Positions 63,730 through 64,000 of a stretch of DNA of 64,000 nt are shown piece after piece. Numbering within the stretch: the first letter of the stretch is position 1; every line of letters starts with the position of its first letter. The DNA lies in NCBI RefSeq assembly GCF_035594765.1, contig NC_085841.1, positions 331,895,402 to 331,959,401 on the forward strand, written 5' to 3'. A program made the translations under genes and the position numbers. The notes under the pieces are model-generated. The model saw only the letters and a program-made list of their open reading frames with translations, had not been told where the DNA came from and ran no database searches. The stretch is from Anolis carolinensis (Eukaryota).

Positions 63730-64000
63730 CTGAAAATATGGCAAAGGTATTAGAATAATGAAAAGTGTCAAGTCTCCCCCTGCAAACTTGATAAGTAGTA
63801 CTTTGCTACTGACTGCCGCTGCTAAATTTTCATCGTTACAAATCAATTAGCACTTAGAATAGAGCAGATCTCCCATGTGATTAAACAAGAACCCTTACTG
63901 GAGATGTCACACAAATATAAGTGATTGCCAGAATCTCTTTATCTTGAATAATAGTAGAACATCTATACTATTATATTTTGGACACCTCATTAGACAACAT

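Overview
Vertebrate genomic DNA, inferred to be from a squamate lizard (Anolis-type repeat landscape: young CR1 with (ATTCTATG)n tail, L2, RTE/BovB, R4/Dong, Sauria-type and 5S-derived SINEs, hAT, Tc1/mariner MITEs, Helitrons). The only host gene I can support is SPTLC2 (serine palmitoyltransferase catalytic subunit) on the minus strand. Ten coding exons, equivalent to human exons 3-12, lie between 63729 and 9460. All have GT-AG boundaries and compatible phases, and they splice into a 453-aa open frame plus stop that contains the PLP-lysine motif GTFTKSFG and the PATP loop. Exons 1-2 lie beyond the window end. The introns and 3' region are packed with transposable elements, many nested. The most notable unexplained signal is a candidate 111-nt exon (34580-34690, minus strand) in the 32-kb intron 9. 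It has a strong acceptor, reads in frame from exon 9 for 28 codons to a TAA, and is built largely from two overlapping near-perfect hairpins, so it may be a structured poison or alternative-last exon regulating sphingolipid synthesis. Other oddities are a tandem array of tRNA-Leu primer-binding-site hairpins beside an LTR, a compound Helitron carrying captured TE fragments, and several long fold-back elements. Repeat family names come from motif recognition only and were not checked against a database.
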